A stretch of DNA of 64,000 bases from Verrucomicrobiota bacterium (GCA_963205105.1 CAUJJW010000351.1:2069-66068), one strand, 5' to 3'; counted from the first letter of the stretch, positions 1 through 9,804 are shown. The notes: generated by a model not told the origin, from the letters alone. Made by a program: numbers and translations.

Positions 1-573
1 TTGGCGAAGCTGGTCGAGGGCTTTTTTGAGACGATGGCGGGCTCGGAAGGCGCGCACCTTGACCAGGGTGGGGCTCCAGCCGGTGCGTTCGCTGATTTCG
101 CGAACGGTCTGATCCTCCAATTCCAACCAGCGGATGAGCAATCGGTCCCTGGGGTCGAGCGTTTCGAGGAGACGCTCCACGAGCTCCCGCGCTCCGAAGG
201 AGGGCTCGCTTGCCGTCACCGGTTGCGTGGTGGACAGCCACTCCAGCGCTGCGGCTTCGGCGGGTTCCAGATCGGCCCAGCGCAGTTCCGGGCGTGATCG
301 TTGGCGTCTCAGATGGTCGATGCAGGTGTTCACGGCCAGTCGTGACACCCAATGTTCGAAGGGGACCTTGCCGCGGAATTGATCCAGGCAGCTGATGACG
401 CGCAGGAACACCTCCTGGCACAGGTCCTCCTCCGGCATGCGGGAGGGGCGGTGCGCCCGAACGATACGGACGACCAAGGGGTACAGCAGCTCGACCATCT
501 CGTGCGCCGCCACATCGTCCTGCCGCCGGACGCGAGCCAGTCGTTCCGACCAGTCGTCTGGAGATAACGCCAT
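1..573 (-). CDS. ECF-type RNA polymerase sigma-70 factor (C-terminal few residues run off the window edge)
   Basis: Absent from the ORF track because it is open at base 1. My reverse translation from ATG (571-573) reads MALSPDDWSERLARVRRQDDVAAHEMVELLYPLVVRIVRAH. It continues ...EDLCQEVFLRVISCLDQFRGKVPFEHWVSRLAVNTCIDHLRRQRSRPE (region 2) and ...LLIRWLELEDQTVREISERTGWSPTLVKVRAFRARHRLKKALDQLRQ (region 4 HTH), in frame to base 1. Confidence 0.8.
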   Translation of the reverse strand, partial: MALSPDDWSERLARVRRQDDVAAHEMVELLYPLVVRIVRAHRPSRMPEEDLCQEVFLRVISCLDQFRGKVPFEHWVSRLAVNTCIDHLRRQRSRPELRWADLEPAEAAALEWLSTTQPVTASEPSFGARELVERLLETLDPRDRLLIRWLELEDQTVREISERTGWSPTLVKVRAFRARHRLKKALDQLRQ

Positions 574-1020
574 GCGTGGGAGGTCCTGACACCACGCAAG
601 ACAAGGCGGCTCAGCTCCGGAAAAGGTTACAGGCTCCACTCCCTGGACCGCGGTTGTCCCACCCTCGGGTGCAGGATTCGCAGCACATGAACTGGAACCT
701 GCATTGGAACTGGATCTCGAAGGTGGGTGGTTGCGCTCTCGTCCTGGCTTCGGCCTGGGTGTTTCTGATTCTGATCCTGTCCTTGGGTTGAAGCGTGCAC
801 AGCCTCGGCATTCGTTCCGTCACTGATTTCACATTCAGCACGGCATCAACCATGTACATGACCCATTCATCCTTGGACCCCTTACCGGCACGCCGGCGTC
901 GTCACGGTATTGTTCCGCCCCCGCGTCGAGCGCAGCGTTGCCTGGAGGCTCCGTTCCCGTTACGAGAGATCCGTGATACGTCGCCCCCTCCTGCTTCCCC
1001 CGTGCCAGCACTCCCTTTGG

Positions 1021-2346
1021 ATGGCGGCGCTGGGCTGGTTCGCCCTCATCCTGACCAGCCCTGCCCAGGACCAGTGGCCGGGTTTTCGCGGCGCCGGCGC
1101 CCGGGGCATCGGTGAATCCGATCGCCTGCCCATTGCCTGGGCTGCGGAAACCAACGTCGCGTGGCGCACCCCGATCCCGGGTCGTGGTTGGTCGTCCCCC
1201 GTGGTTTGGGGCAACCGAATTTTTGTCACCACCTCCGTCAGTGAGGGCGAACTGGAGGCGCCCAAGAAGGGGTTGTATTTCGGCGGCGATCGAACGGAGC
1301 CACCCCCGCATCGTCATCAATGGCAGGTGCTTGGTTTGGATGTGACGAGCGGCAAGGTCCTTTGGACGACGGAAGTCCGGGCCGCCAATCCCAGCACGCC
1401 GGTTCACATCAAGAACACCTATGCCTCGGAGACGCCGGTCACCGACGGTGAGCGCGTCTATGCGTACTTCGGCACCGTGGGGCTCTTCGCCCTGGATCTG
1501 AACGGGAAGGTCCTTTGGTCTCAGCCGGTTCCGGCGCGGAAGATGGCGCATGGCTGGGGGACAGCGAGTTCGCCAATCCTTCACGCCGGCCGGGTTTTCA
1601 TCGTGAACGACAACGAGGAGGAGTCGTTTGCTGCCGCCTATGACGCCAAGACCGGCAATCTGGCCTGGCGCATCTCGCGCGACGAACCCAGCAACTGGTC
1701 GACGCCGTATGTCTGGAAGCACGCCGCCCGGACCGAGTTGGTGATCACGGGACGGAACAAGGTGCGCAGCTACGATCTGGAGGGGAAAGAGCTTTGGCAA
1801 CTCAAGGGCATGTCGAGCATCACCATCCCCACCCCGTTCAGTGCGGGGGATCTGCTTTACCTCGCGGCCGGATATGTCGGCGACAACATGAAGCCCAACA
1901 AGCCGGTATACGCCGTCAGGCCGGGGGCGACGGGGGATCTCACGCTGCCCGAAGGGGCCACGAACAGCGCTCATATCGCCTGGATGGCGCCGAATGCGGC
2001 TCCTTACAACCCTTCACCACTCGTGTACGATGGCCGGTTTTATGTTTTGTGGGACTTTGGATTCCTCAGTTGCCGGGACGCGGTCAGCGGTCGGGAGTTG
2101 TACGACAAACAGCGGATCAAGACGGATGGCCCCGCCGGGTTCACGGCGTCGCCCTGGGCTTACCGAGGCCGAATTTTCTGCCTGAGCGAAGACGGCGACA
2201 CCTACGTGTTCAAGGCCGGGGACACGTTCCAGTTGGAGCGGATCAATGGGCTCGGTGAAATGTGCATGGCCACGCCGGCCCTGGCCACCGACAGCCTGTT
2301 CATCCGTTCCTTGAACCATCTGTATCGGATTCGCGAGACGCCTTAA
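1021..2346 (+). CDS. PQQ-like / BamB-like beta-propeller repeat protein, secreted
   Basis: ORF 910..2346. The ATG at 1021 gives a signal-like N-terminus, MAALGWFALILTSPAQDQWPGFRG. Repeated propeller blades are visible (WSSPVVWGNRIFV, GERVYAYFG, GRVFIVND, GDLLYLAAG, DGRFYVLWD, RGRIFCLSEDG). The start could be further upstream (910). Confidence 0.8.
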   Translation: MAALGWFALILTSPAQDQWPGFRGAGARGIGESDRLPIAWAAETNVAWRTPIPGRGWSSPVVWGNRIFVTTSVSEGELEAPKKGLYFGGDRTEPPPHRHQWQVLGLDVTSGKVLWTTEVRAANPSTPVHIKNTYASETPVTDGERVYAYFGTVGLFALDLNGKVLWSQPVPARKMAHGWGTASSPILHAGRVFIVNDNEEESFAAAYDAKTGNLAWRISRDEPSNWSTPYVWKHAARTELVITGRNKVRSYDLEGKELWQLKGMSSITIPTPFSAGDLLYLAAGYVGDNMKPNKPVYAVRPGATGDLTLPEGATNSAHIAWMAPNAAPYNPSPLVYDGRFYVLWDFGFLSCRDAVSGRELYDKQRIKTDGPAGFTASPWAYRGRIFCLSEDGDTYVFKAGDTFQLERINGLGEMCMATPALATDSLFIRSLNHLYRIRETP

Positions 2347-2371
2347 CCGATTCGGTTCCATCAAGCATTCC

Positions 2372-3079
2372 TCAGCCGTAGAAGTAACCCAGCTCCCGAA
2401 GTGACGTGAAATCCCGGGGCCTTTCGGTGGTGCGATGTCCCAGGATGACGTGATCGAGCACTTCGATCTTCAGCAATTGCCCGGCGCGGATCAGGTCTCG
2501 GGTAACCCGGATATCGGCTTCCGAGGGTGATGGATCCCCGCTGGGGTGGTTGTGGGCGAGGATGATGGCTGCGGCGTTGGCGGTGATGGCACGACGGAAG
2601 ACTTCGCGAGGATGGATGAGCAGGGTGTCGAGCGTGCCCTGGGCCAGGCGTTCCTTGGCGATCATCCTCCGGCGGGTGTTAACCAGCAGAAGATGAAACG
2701 TTTCCACCTCCAGATGGCGCATGTCCTCGCGGAGAAAGTCAGCCACGCGTTCCGGGGTGTCCAACAGCGGCGGTTCACGGCGGGTCTCCTGGCTCATGCG
2801 GCGGGCTAGCTCGAACGCGGCTTTCAGCGTGACCGCCTTGTCGAGTCCGATCCCGGCGACCTTGCGAAGATCGGTCAAGGTTGCCCCAGCCAATCGGCTC
2901 AGCGAGTGATCGAACGCCCGGAGCAAGTGCTCAGCCACCGTGGTCACCGGTGTGGCCTTGGCGCCGGTTCGGAGCAGAATGGCGACCAATTCGGCATCGC
3001 GGAGTCGGTCGGCACCCAGCGAGGCAAGACGCTCGCGAGGACGATCGTGGGCGGGTGTGTCCCGCATCAGGAGGCTCAT
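2372..3079 (-). CDS. radC: RadC-like JAB/MPN domain protein
   Basis: ORF 2372..3346, with the internal ATG at 3079 taken as the start (MSLLMRDTPAHDRPRERL...). It has a HhH region (LRKVAGIGLDKAVTLKAAFELARR) and a JAMM motif (ILAHNHPSGDPSPSEAD). The upstream ORF extension runs into the tandem repeat and is rejected. Confidence 0.85.
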   Translation of the reverse strand: MSLLMRDTPAHDRPRERLASLGADRLRDAELVAILLRTGAKATPVTTVAEHLLRAFDHSLSRLAGATLTDLRKVAGIGLDKAVTLKAAFELARRMSQETRREPPLLDTPERVADFLREDMRHLEVETFHLLLVNTRRRMIAKERLAQGTLDTLLIHPREVFRRAITANAAAIILAHNHPSGDPSPSEADIRVTRDLIRAGQLLKIEVLDHVILGHRTTERPRDFTSLRELGYFYG

Positions 3080-3196
3080 CCGGAGTCCGTTCGGGGAGGG
3101 TGGAGCCGTGTCACACTCAGAGAACGTGGGCGGCGGCCAAAATCTTACAGAAAAAGGCGGGACCCGCAGTTCTTGCCCCCGGCGCCATGCCAGGAA

Positions 3197-3612
3197 CCTG
3201 TCCCCCTGTGTGGATAAGGGTGCGACACCAGGTGGCTGTCCCCCTGTGTGGAGCGGGATCAGATTGCCTGTCCCTTTGTGATGGGAGTGGACCAGGGGAG
3301 GAGCGCCCAAGAAGCCTGTCCCCTTGTGTGGATAAGGGTGCGACACCAGGTGGCTGTCCCCCTGTGTGGAGCGGGATCAGATTGCCTGTCCCTTTGTGAT
3401 GGGAGTGGACCATGGGAGGAGCGCCCAAGAAGCCTGTCCCGTTGTGTGGATCTGGGTGCGACACCAGGTGGCTGTCCCCCTGTGTGGAGTGGGATCAGAT
3501 TGCCTGTCCCTCTGTGCGGGGGTGGACCAGGGGGGAGCGCCCAAGAGGGGCGATACCAGGTGCCTGTCCCCCTGTGTGGGGAGTTGCTCAGAAAGCCTGT
3601 CCCCTTGTGAGG
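3197..3612. repeat. Tandem repeat array: 118-bp unit x ~3.5, nested with 11 copies of a ~16-nt motif CCTGTCCC(C/T)(C/T)TGTG(T/A)GG
   Basis: Unit starts are at 3197, 3315 and 3433 (exact 118-bp period, near-identical units), with degenerate partial units at 3563 and 3596. Within each unit the short motif recurs at about 38/32/48-bp spacing. All six frames are open, which is typical of a GC-rich repeat rather than coding sequence. Confidence 0.85.
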
Positions 3613-3660
3613 AGGTCTCGTCGGTTGCTTCGAACGACGGGACCGTGGTAGGCCTACGAC

Positions 3661-3870
3661 GTGAACCTGATCCTGCCTCTTCTGGCTCAAGCCACGATTC
3701 ACACGACCAACACGGTGGTGCAGAGCGGTATCGGGCTCGGTTCCGCCATCGCGGTGGTGTGCTCGTGGCAACGCAATCGCTCCATTGTCTGGGCAATCGT
3801 GGCCGGGATCTTTTCCTGGTTTTACGTGATCTATTTCGCGATCACCCGCAGGCCTGATGAGGTCAAGTGA
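3661..3870 (+). CDS. small hypothetical membrane protein (2 predicted TM helices)
   Basis: 69-aa ORF with two hydrophobic stretches (GIGLGSAIAVVCSW and IVWAIVAGIFSWFYVIYFAI). It starts 49 bp after the repeat array. I did not recognise a family. Confidence 0.5.
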   Translation: MNLILPLLAQATIHTTNTVVQSGIGLGSAIAVVCSWQRNRSIVWAIVAGIFSWFYVIYFAITRRPDEVK

Positions 3871-3987
3871 TCGGGTTGGAGCGGAGCAAGGGGAACCGAT
3901 GGCCGAGTCCAGCCCCGACCTGAGCAGCGTGGGGCACGAAGTGGCCGAAAATGGTTCCTGCGGTCGAGTCCGGGGCGAAACTCCCCC

Positions 3988-4314
3988 TCAGGCCTTGCGC
4001 ACGAAGCACGCCTTCAGGCCGACCGAAATGCCGTCCATTTTGCAGGAGATCTCGTGGTCGCCGTCCACCAACCGGATGGGTTTGGACTTGGTGCCACCCT
4101 TCAACACGTGAGGAGCGCCCTTGAGCGGCAGGGCCTTAATCAGGATCACCTGGTCGCCGTCCGCCAGCACCGTGCCGTGGGCATCCTTCACGACGCGGGC
4201 TTTTTCAGGTTCAGCCGCGCGTTGCCATTCGTGACCGCAGGTCGCGCATTCCAAGCGCTCGGGATGTTCCAGGATTTCGGTGGTTTCGCACATCGGACAG
4301 GCGGTCTCGCTCAT
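3988..4314 (-). CDS. yjdM: PhnA/YjdM zinc-ribbon protein
   Basis: 108 aa. The N-terminus has a CPxC...CxxC zinc ribbon (CPMCETTE...CATCGHEW). The C-terminus (VKDAHGTVLADGDQVILIKALPLKG...LKGGTKSKPIRLVDGDHEISCKMDG) closely resembles E. coli PhnA/YjdM as I recall it. Confidence 0.85.
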   Translation of the reverse strand: MSETACPMCETTEILEHPERLECATCGHEWQRAAEPEKARVVKDAHGTVLADGDQVILIKALPLKGAPHVLKGGTKSKPIRLVDGDHEISCKMDGISVGLKACFVRKA

Positions 4315-4415
4315 GAAGCGAACACCCTAACCGAGAAGCCGCTTCCTGCTCAACCGCTCAAAACCGGTCCCAGCTTCGACCCGAGTGCCCAGGTCGAAGC
4401 TGGAACATAGGCAGA

Positions 4416-5678
4416 TCAGAACCGCCAGCTGAGATTGACGGTGAGGAATGACAGCCAGGCGTCCTCGAAAACGCCAGCCACGGTGCCCCGATAGGTGGAT
4501 TCCTGGGTGACGGTCAGGTCCCCGTTCCAGACGAACTCGTAGGCAGCGCCGAGTTGGATCTTGGAACTCAACCGCCATTGGGCACCCACGCCAAAGCGCC
4601 AGGATTCGCCCATGGGGAGGGTCAGGGTCCGGTTGGCGTCGTCGACCGCGGAACTGTCGTAGGCGACGCCTGCGGAGAGGATCCATGGCTCGGAAGGCTG
4701 GTACTGGGCGCCGAGAGCGGCGTGCCAGGTGTCCTTGTACTCGAGGTCGGTGGTGAAGTTGGTGGGATCGGCGGAGTCGACCCCGACATCGACCATTCCG
4801 AAGCGTTCCCAATTTTGCCAACCCACGTTGGCGAGCACCGCCCAGCAGTCGTTGACCTGTTGGAAGACGCTGAACATCACCGACTGGGGAACGGTGACGC
4901 CGAGGTCCAGTTCGGGCGGGGCGGCAAAGATCGGGCGACCGCTCAGCGGACCCAGATTGGAGAACCCCGGGGTGTCGGCGAAGTCGAGGTCCACCGGCGA
5001 CAGGTAAGTCAGACCCAGCCGGGTGCCTTCGCGGGGTTCCACCAGAATCCCCACGTTGGCGCCGAAGCCCCAGGTGGTGTCCTTGATCGACAGCCGTCCG
5101 TCCCCGGGTGCGCCGGTTCTGATGGCGATGTCGCTGTCGAGGTAGCCGAGCATGGCGTTCAGTCCCGCGCCAACGGACAGCCAGTCGTTCACCTTCACGC
5201 TGACCGAGGGCATGAACGACATGCCAATCAGGGCGCTTTCCTGGGCGTAATAGCGCCCGACCCAGCCGTCGTCGTATTTCGACATCAGTCCGAAGTACGA
5301 GAACGTGCCGAGACCGACGCTGACGGTGTCGGAGATGGGCTGGACGAAGAAGGCGCTGGCGCCCGGGAGGACTCCGAGGGAATTGCCGCCATCGTTGTCG
5401 CCGCGGAGTAGGGGGCCGGTGAGGTTGGGGTCTTTGGAAAACTCGATGCTTCCCACGAGCAGTTGGGCTCCGGATTCGAACTGGGCTCCGTCGAGTCGGC
5501 TCATGCCGGCAGGATTGGAGAACAGGGTGGAGGCGTCCTGGGCTCGGGCGGCATAGCCGGCGGCGGCAAGGCCGACGTCGGCGGTGGCGAGTTCGTACAG
5601 TGCAATGCCCGCGCCGTAGGTGTTGGGGAGCAGGGTTGCTCCTGCGGCAAGGGCGGCGTAGTGGAACGTTTTTTTCAC
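4416..5678 (-). CDS. outer-membrane transport protein, OmpP1/FadL/TodX family
   Basis: 420 aa with a signal peptide (MKKTFHYAALAAGATLL). The family-typical N-terminus is present (GAGIALYELATADVGLAAAGYAARAQDASTLFSNPAGM). The rest alternates in a beta-barrel pattern and ends in an aromatic residue (NLSWRF). Confidence 0.85.
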   Translation of the reverse strand: MKKTFHYAALAAGATLLPNTYGAGIALYELATADVGLAAAGYAARAQDASTLFSNPAGMSRLDGAQFESGAQLLVGSIEFSKDPNLTGPLLRGDNDGGNSLGVLPGASAFFVQPISDTVSVGLGTFSYFGLMSKYDDGWVGRYYAQESALIGMSFMPSVSVKVNDWLSVGAGLNAMLGYLDSDIAIRTGAPGDGRLSIKDTTWGFGANVGILVEPREGTRLGLTYLSPVDLDFADTPGFSNLGPLSGRPIFAAPPELDLGVTVPQSVMFSVFQQVNDCWAVLANVGWQNWERFGMVDVGVDSADPTNFTTDLEYKDTWHAALGAQYQPSEPWILSAGVAYDSSAVDDANRTLTLPMGESWRFGVGAQWRLSSKIQLGAAYEFVWNGDLTVTQESTYRGTVAGVFEDAWLSFLTVNLSWRF

Positions 5679-5702
5679 AAGTGGATGTCGGTGCGATGGC
5701 GA

Positions 5703-8150
5703 TTATTGGCGGCCCATGGCGGCGCGAACGGCTTCCTCGGGCGAGACCAGATGCCCGGAATTGTTTGGGTCATCGGCGATGGAGAGCAACACCCCCTTGA
5801 TGTTCCCGTTGAATCCATTGCCCACGGGGCCGTAGTCGGGGGACACCGCGGCGCCGGAATCCTCGCCGACATCACAACCGTCGTCGGCGGAGAAGATCAT
5901 GGCCTGGGTCATGGCGATGGGACCTTCGCCGGCGGCTTTGCCATCGACATAGAGCGTCACTTTGCCGCCCTTACCGAGGCCACCGCCGGCATAGGCGAAC
6001 TCCATGCGGACCTGGTGCTGGCCCGCAGGCAGGGGTTGGGTGGACTCGACGAAGAAATGTTTCACGCCGGCGACGTTGTAGCAGTACTTCAGTTTGCCGT
6101 TCCTGGCGTACAGGCTCCAGCCACCGATATTGGCGCCCTGGGCGACGATGACGCCTTCGGCGCCGGACGCCGGGATTTCGATCTCGGCGGTGATGGAGTG
6201 GGACTTGTTCTTGAGATTCAAGACGCAGTTTTCGCTCAGGCGCCCCATGCCGCCGAAGAGGAGCTGGGTCTTGCCGCGGATCAGGGTGGGCCGGCCGGCG
6301 GTGTCGGAGTTCAACCGTTCGCCCACGCGATCGTCGAGGGGCAGGACCTTGTAGCGGGTGGCCTCAATGACGAACTGGCGTTGGAGTTCGCGGAGTTTCT
6401 CGGGCATCTCCTTGGAGAGGTCCTTGGACTGGGTCCAGTCCTGATCCGAGTAGAGTTCCCAGACATCTTCATCGAAGGGGACTGTTTTGGCGCCGATGAG
6501 CAGCCAGGGTGTGCGGTGTTTGGTGACCGCGGTCCAGCCCTTGTGGTAGATGCCGCGGTTGCCGAAGATTTCGAAGTACTGGGTTTCGTGGCGTTCGGCT
6601 GCCTTGGGTTCGTCGAAGGAATAGCGCATGCTGACGCCTTCGATGGGGTCTTGTCGGATGCCGTTGACGGACTCGGGTTGGGGCAGACCGGCGACGTCGA
6701 GGATGGTGGGTGCGACGTCGATGACGTGATGGAACTGGGAGCGGACCTGACCTTTGGCGCGGATGCCCTTGGGCCAGTGAACGACGGTGCCGTTGCGGGT
6801 GCCGCCCCAGTGGGAGGCGACCTGTTTGGTCCATTGGAACGGGGTGTTGAGAGCGTGGGCCCAGCCGACGGCGTAGTGGTTGTAGGAATCGGGTCCGCCG
6901 AGCTTGTCGAGTCGGGCGGTCAGGAACTCCGGGGTTTCGAGGGCCGCCAGGCCATTGAAATTGGCCATTTCGTTGTAGGCCCCGTTGAGGGTGCCTTCGG
7001 CGGAGGCGCCGTTGTCGCCGACAATGAAGTAGATGAGGGTGTCGTCGAGGATCTTGAGTTTATCGAGCATGTCGATGATCCGGCCGACGTGGTGATCGGT
7101 GTATTCGAGGAAGCCGGCGTAGACTTCCATCTGTCGGCGGAGGACAGGTTTGAGAGCCTCGGGCATATCGGCCCAGGAGGGGATTTCCTTGGGGCGCGGG
7201 GTGATCTGGCTGTTGGCGGGAATGACGCCGAGCTGTTTCTGGCGGGCGAAGATCTGGTCGCGGAGCTGGTCCCAACCCTGGTCGAACTTGCCCTTGTACT
7301 TATCGGCCCATTCCTTGGGGGCGTGATGGGGTGCGTGGGTGGCGCCCGGGGCGTAATAGATGAAGAAGGGCTTGTCGGGGGCGAGGGCCTTTTGTTGACC
7401 GATCCATTTGATGGCTTTGTCGGTCATGTCGGTGAGCAGGTGGTAGCCCTGTTCGGGAGTTTTCTTGAGCTCCACCGGGGTGGTTCCCTCGAAGAGGGTG
7501 GGGTACCACTGGTTGGCTTCGCCGCCGATGAAGCCATAGAAGTACTCGAAGCCGCCGCCGCCGGTGGGCCAGGAATCGAAGGGGCCGGCGGGGCTGGTCT
7601 GCCAGACGGGGACCTCATGGCACTTGCCGAACTGAGCGGTGGAATAGCCGTTGTACACGAGGGTTCGTGCGAGCGGTGCCATGGAATTCGGAAGCACCGA
7701 GCTGTAACCGGGAGCGCCGCTGGCGATCTCGGTGATGTTGCCCATGCCGACGGAGTGATGATTCCGCCCGGTGAGCAGGGCTTGGCGCGTGGGCGAGCAG
7801 AGGGCGGTGGTGTGAAAGCGGTTGTAGCGCAGTCCGCCGGCGGCGAGCTTGTCGAGGGTGGGGGTCTGGCACGGGCCACCAAAGGTGCTGGAAGATCCGA
7901 AGCCGGCGTCATCAATGAGCACGATCAGCACATTTGGGGCTCCCGCGGGCGGGCGCAGTTGTTCGATCGGCGGGTACGCGGTGTCGGGGCTCTTCGCGTC
8001 GTAGGTGATCAGGCCCGGAGTGGCGGTGTTCCGCATCGGAAGATGGGAACGGTGGTGGGTGGGCTCCGAGGCGGGATGGGCCCCAAAGGCGACGGGGAGC
8101 ATCAGGCTCGCCAACGAGCAGAGGCTGGTCAGTAGTTTTCGGTGAAGCAT
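5703..8150 (-). CDS. arylsulfatase (Cys-type, formylglycine-dependent), ~815 aa
   Basis: ORF 5703..8279. The ATG at 8150 gives signal peptide MLHRKLLTSLCSLASLMLPVAFG and avoids overlapping the upstream porin gene. The sulfatase signature reads LIVLIDDAGFG...HTTALCSPTRQALLTGRNHHSVGMG (C-x-P-x-R). Confidence 0.9.
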   Translation of the reverse strand: MLHRKLLTSLCSLASLMLPVAFGAHPASEPTHHRSHLPMRNTATPGLITYDAKSPDTAYPPIEQLRPPAGAPNVLIVLIDDAGFGSSSTFGGPCQTPTLDKLAAGGLRYNRFHTTALCSPTRQALLTGRNHHSVGMGNITEIASGAPGYSSVLPNSMAPLARTLVYNGYSTAQFGKCHEVPVWQTSPAGPFDSWPTGGGGFEYFYGFIGGEANQWYPTLFEGTTPVELKKTPEQGYHLLTDMTDKAIKWIGQQKALAPDKPFFIYYAPGATHAPHHAPKEWADKYKGKFDQGWDQLRDQIFARQKQLGVIPANSQITPRPKEIPSWADMPEALKPVLRRQMEVYAGFLEYTDHHVGRIIDMLDKLKILDDTLIYFIVGDNGASAEGTLNGAYNEMANFNGLAALETPEFLTARLDKLGGPDSYNHYAVGWAHALNTPFQWTKQVASHWGGTRNGTVVHWPKGIRAKGQVRSQFHHVIDVAPTILDVAGLPQPESVNGIRQDPIEGVSMRYSFDEPKAAERHETQYFEIFGNRGIYHKGWTAVTKHRTPWLLIGAKTVPFDEDVWELYSDQDWTQSKDLSKEMPEKLRELQRQFVIEATRYKVLPLDDRVGERLNSDTAGRPTLIRGKTQLLFGGMGRLSENCVLNLKNKSHSITAEIEIPASGAEGVIVAQGANIGGWSLYARNGKLKYCYNVAGVKHFFVESTQPLPAGQHQVRMEFAYAGGGLGKGGKVTLYVDGKAAGEGPIAMTQAMIFSADDGCDVGEDSGAAVSPDYGPVGNGFNGNIKGVLLSIADDPNNSGHLVSPEEAVRAAMGRQ

Positions 8151-8217
8151 GAGATGGGGAGGGTTGAGAGTCGTTTGGTGTGCGGTGGTGCTGTTTGTCC
8201 CGGTTATGGCAGTCGGT

Positions 8218-9720
8218 TCATCGTGCCAGTTTGTACTGGAGACTGAGTTGAACCCGGTGCGCGTCGCCTTCGGATCCATCGCGTGTCCCTTTCAGTCCGT
8301 AGAGGTACTCCAAGCCAATGTAAAAGCTCTTGGACGGGGCCCATACAAGATTGGCTTGGGCGTAGTGAGTGTGGTTGTAGGCATTGGCGCCCTGTTCCGC
8401 GAGGTTGTCGAGTTCCATGTACCCGTAGGTCGCCTCCGATCGCCACTTTTCGCTCCAGAAATGGCGGTAGCCGATCATGGTGCCCCAGGCCGCCAGCATT
8501 TCGAGTTCTCCGGAACCCAGCGCAATTGCCGAACTGCCGCCGGGGAGGTCCTGCATGTACCTCCCGATCCCATCGCCGTACGTGAAGCTGGCAACGACAC
8601 CATCCTGACCCCAGGTGTGGAGGACGCCAGAGACGTTGGCGCCCCAACCCAGCGCGGTGTCATCCGGGCCGGTGGAGTTGTCATAGGCCAGGGCGCGGGC
8701 GAGTCCACCGACCTGAACGTGACCGCGCTGTCCTTCCCAGCGCCAATGGCCGGCGAAATCGGGCAGCACATTGCGGGTGGAACCGGAGGCGGGGAGGTTG
8801 CCGATGTCGCTCTTCGGTTGTTCCGCAGCAAGGGCGAAGTGGTGATGCTTGGGATCGGGTGAGTACGTGTATCGAAATTGCGGTTGGCGAAGAACCGACT
8901 GCATGCCGGGGCCCGCGAAGTCGAGGGTGTCCGGGATGGCGTCGGCGTCGAAGAAGGTCGACCAGGTCTGCCCCACGGTGACGTTGGCGATTTGGCCGTA
9001 GAAATGCCGGAGGTTGTAGGACATGTCCGGCGAGGAACTGCTGCCGAAGAAATCGTTCTCGTAGACGACGCGGAGGGACCCAAGTGCGGTGGGGGAGCGC
9101 AGTTCGAGGTTGAGCCGCGTTTGCTTGGCGTGCAGGGAGAATTCCTCGGACTTGCCGTAGTCCGCCTCGCCCTCCACCGGGATGGTGGAGGTGATGAATT
9201 TGTTGGGATTGCCGACACGGGTGGAGTCGGCGATGGCATCGACTTTGGCGTAACCGCCGAGTTTGACCCAGGTGGTGGTGCCGAAGAGGGGCATGAACCC
9301 GGCGTAGGTGGGGTCGATGGGGGCATTGCCAGGTCGAGGCGCGGCGGCGTTGTCCTCCATGACGGTGTCGCGGTGCTTCATGCGCGAGTCATGGTCGGCG
9401 AGGTCCGCGGGTGCGGTGGGGCGAACCTGAACGGCGGCCTTGGCGGTGGCGCCGTCCATGGCGGGTGTTGCCGGTGAGGTGGGCGGAGTGGTCGGGGTGG
9501 TCGCCACCGGGGTGGGCGCAGGAACCGCGGGACTGGAGGACTGACGTTGTTCCAGTTCCCGAATCCGGTTCTTCAGCTCTTGGATTGTCTGTTCCATGAC
9601 GGAAACGGACGATTTCAGCTGATCCAACTCGGGACTGCTTTGGGCGGAGGCAACGGGGCCAGTGCTGGCGGCGATCGCGGTGGCGACGGCGAGGTGGCGG
9701 AACTGGAGCAGGGGTTTCAT
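8218..9720 (-). CDS. putative porin with N-terminal coiled coil (DcaP-like architecture)
   Basis: 500 aa. A signal peptide is followed by a coiled-coil segment (LDQLKSSVSVMEQTIQELKNRIRELEQRQ), a Pro/Thr-rich linker, and a long alternating beta-strand region. The family assignment is tentative. Confidence 0.65.
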   Translation of the reverse strand: MKPLLQFRHLAVATAIAASTGPVASAQSSPELDQLKSSVSVMEQTIQELKNRIRELEQRQSSSPAVPAPTPVATTPTTPPTSPATPAMDGATAKAAVQVRPTAPADLADHDSRMKHRDTVMEDNAAAPRPGNAPIDPTYAGFMPLFGTTTWVKLGGYAKVDAIADSTRVGNPNKFITSTIPVEGEADYGKSEEFSLHAKQTRLNLELRSPTALGSLRVVYENDFFGSSSSPDMSYNLRHFYGQIANVTVGQTWSTFFDADAIPDTLDFAGPGMQSVLRQPQFRYTYSPDPKHHHFALAAEQPKSDIGNLPASGSTRNVLPDFAGHWRWEGQRGHVQVGGLARALAYDNSTGPDDTALGWGANVSGVLHTWGQDGVVASFTYGDGIGRYMQDLPGGSSAIALGSGELEMLAAWGTMIGYRHFWSEKWRSEATYGYMELDNLAEQGANAYNHTHYAQANLVWAPSKSFYIGLEYLYGLKGTRDGSEGDAHRVQLSLQYKLAR

Positions 9721-9804
9721 GGGCGCGGCGCGAGAGCCTGGCAGGGTGGATGCGACGTCCGAGCTGATGACTCGGGGACAGTGCGAGGGGTGGTGGAACG
9801 GAGA

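Noticed and set aside
576-791. 71-aa ORF with a hydrophobic C-terminal half (ISKVGGCALVLASAWVFLILILSLG), divergent from the ECF sigma
   Set aside because: It could be a small membrane protein. However, there is no recognisable family, no clear ribosome-binding context that I can verify, and many such ORFs arise by chance in GC-rich DNA. It is not annotated.
3197-3612. Possible CRISPR array, given a short repeated motif at roughly regular spacing
   Set aside because: The inter-motif segments are themselves repeated with a 118-bp period, so there are no unique spacers. The motif is only about 16 nt and the spacings (about 32-48 bp) are irregular. No cas genes are in the window. It is called a nested tandem repeat instead.
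5463-8135. 890-aa plus-strand ORF
   Set aside because: It lies entirely antisense to the well-supported arylsulfatase gene. The translation is a low-complexity G/A/V/D/E-rich string with no motifs, typical of open antisense frames in GC-rich DNA.
8151-8279. Upstream extension of the sulfatase ORF to 8279
   Set aside because: It overlaps the 3' end of the porin gene (8218..9720) and precedes a good signal peptide that starts at the ATG at 8150.
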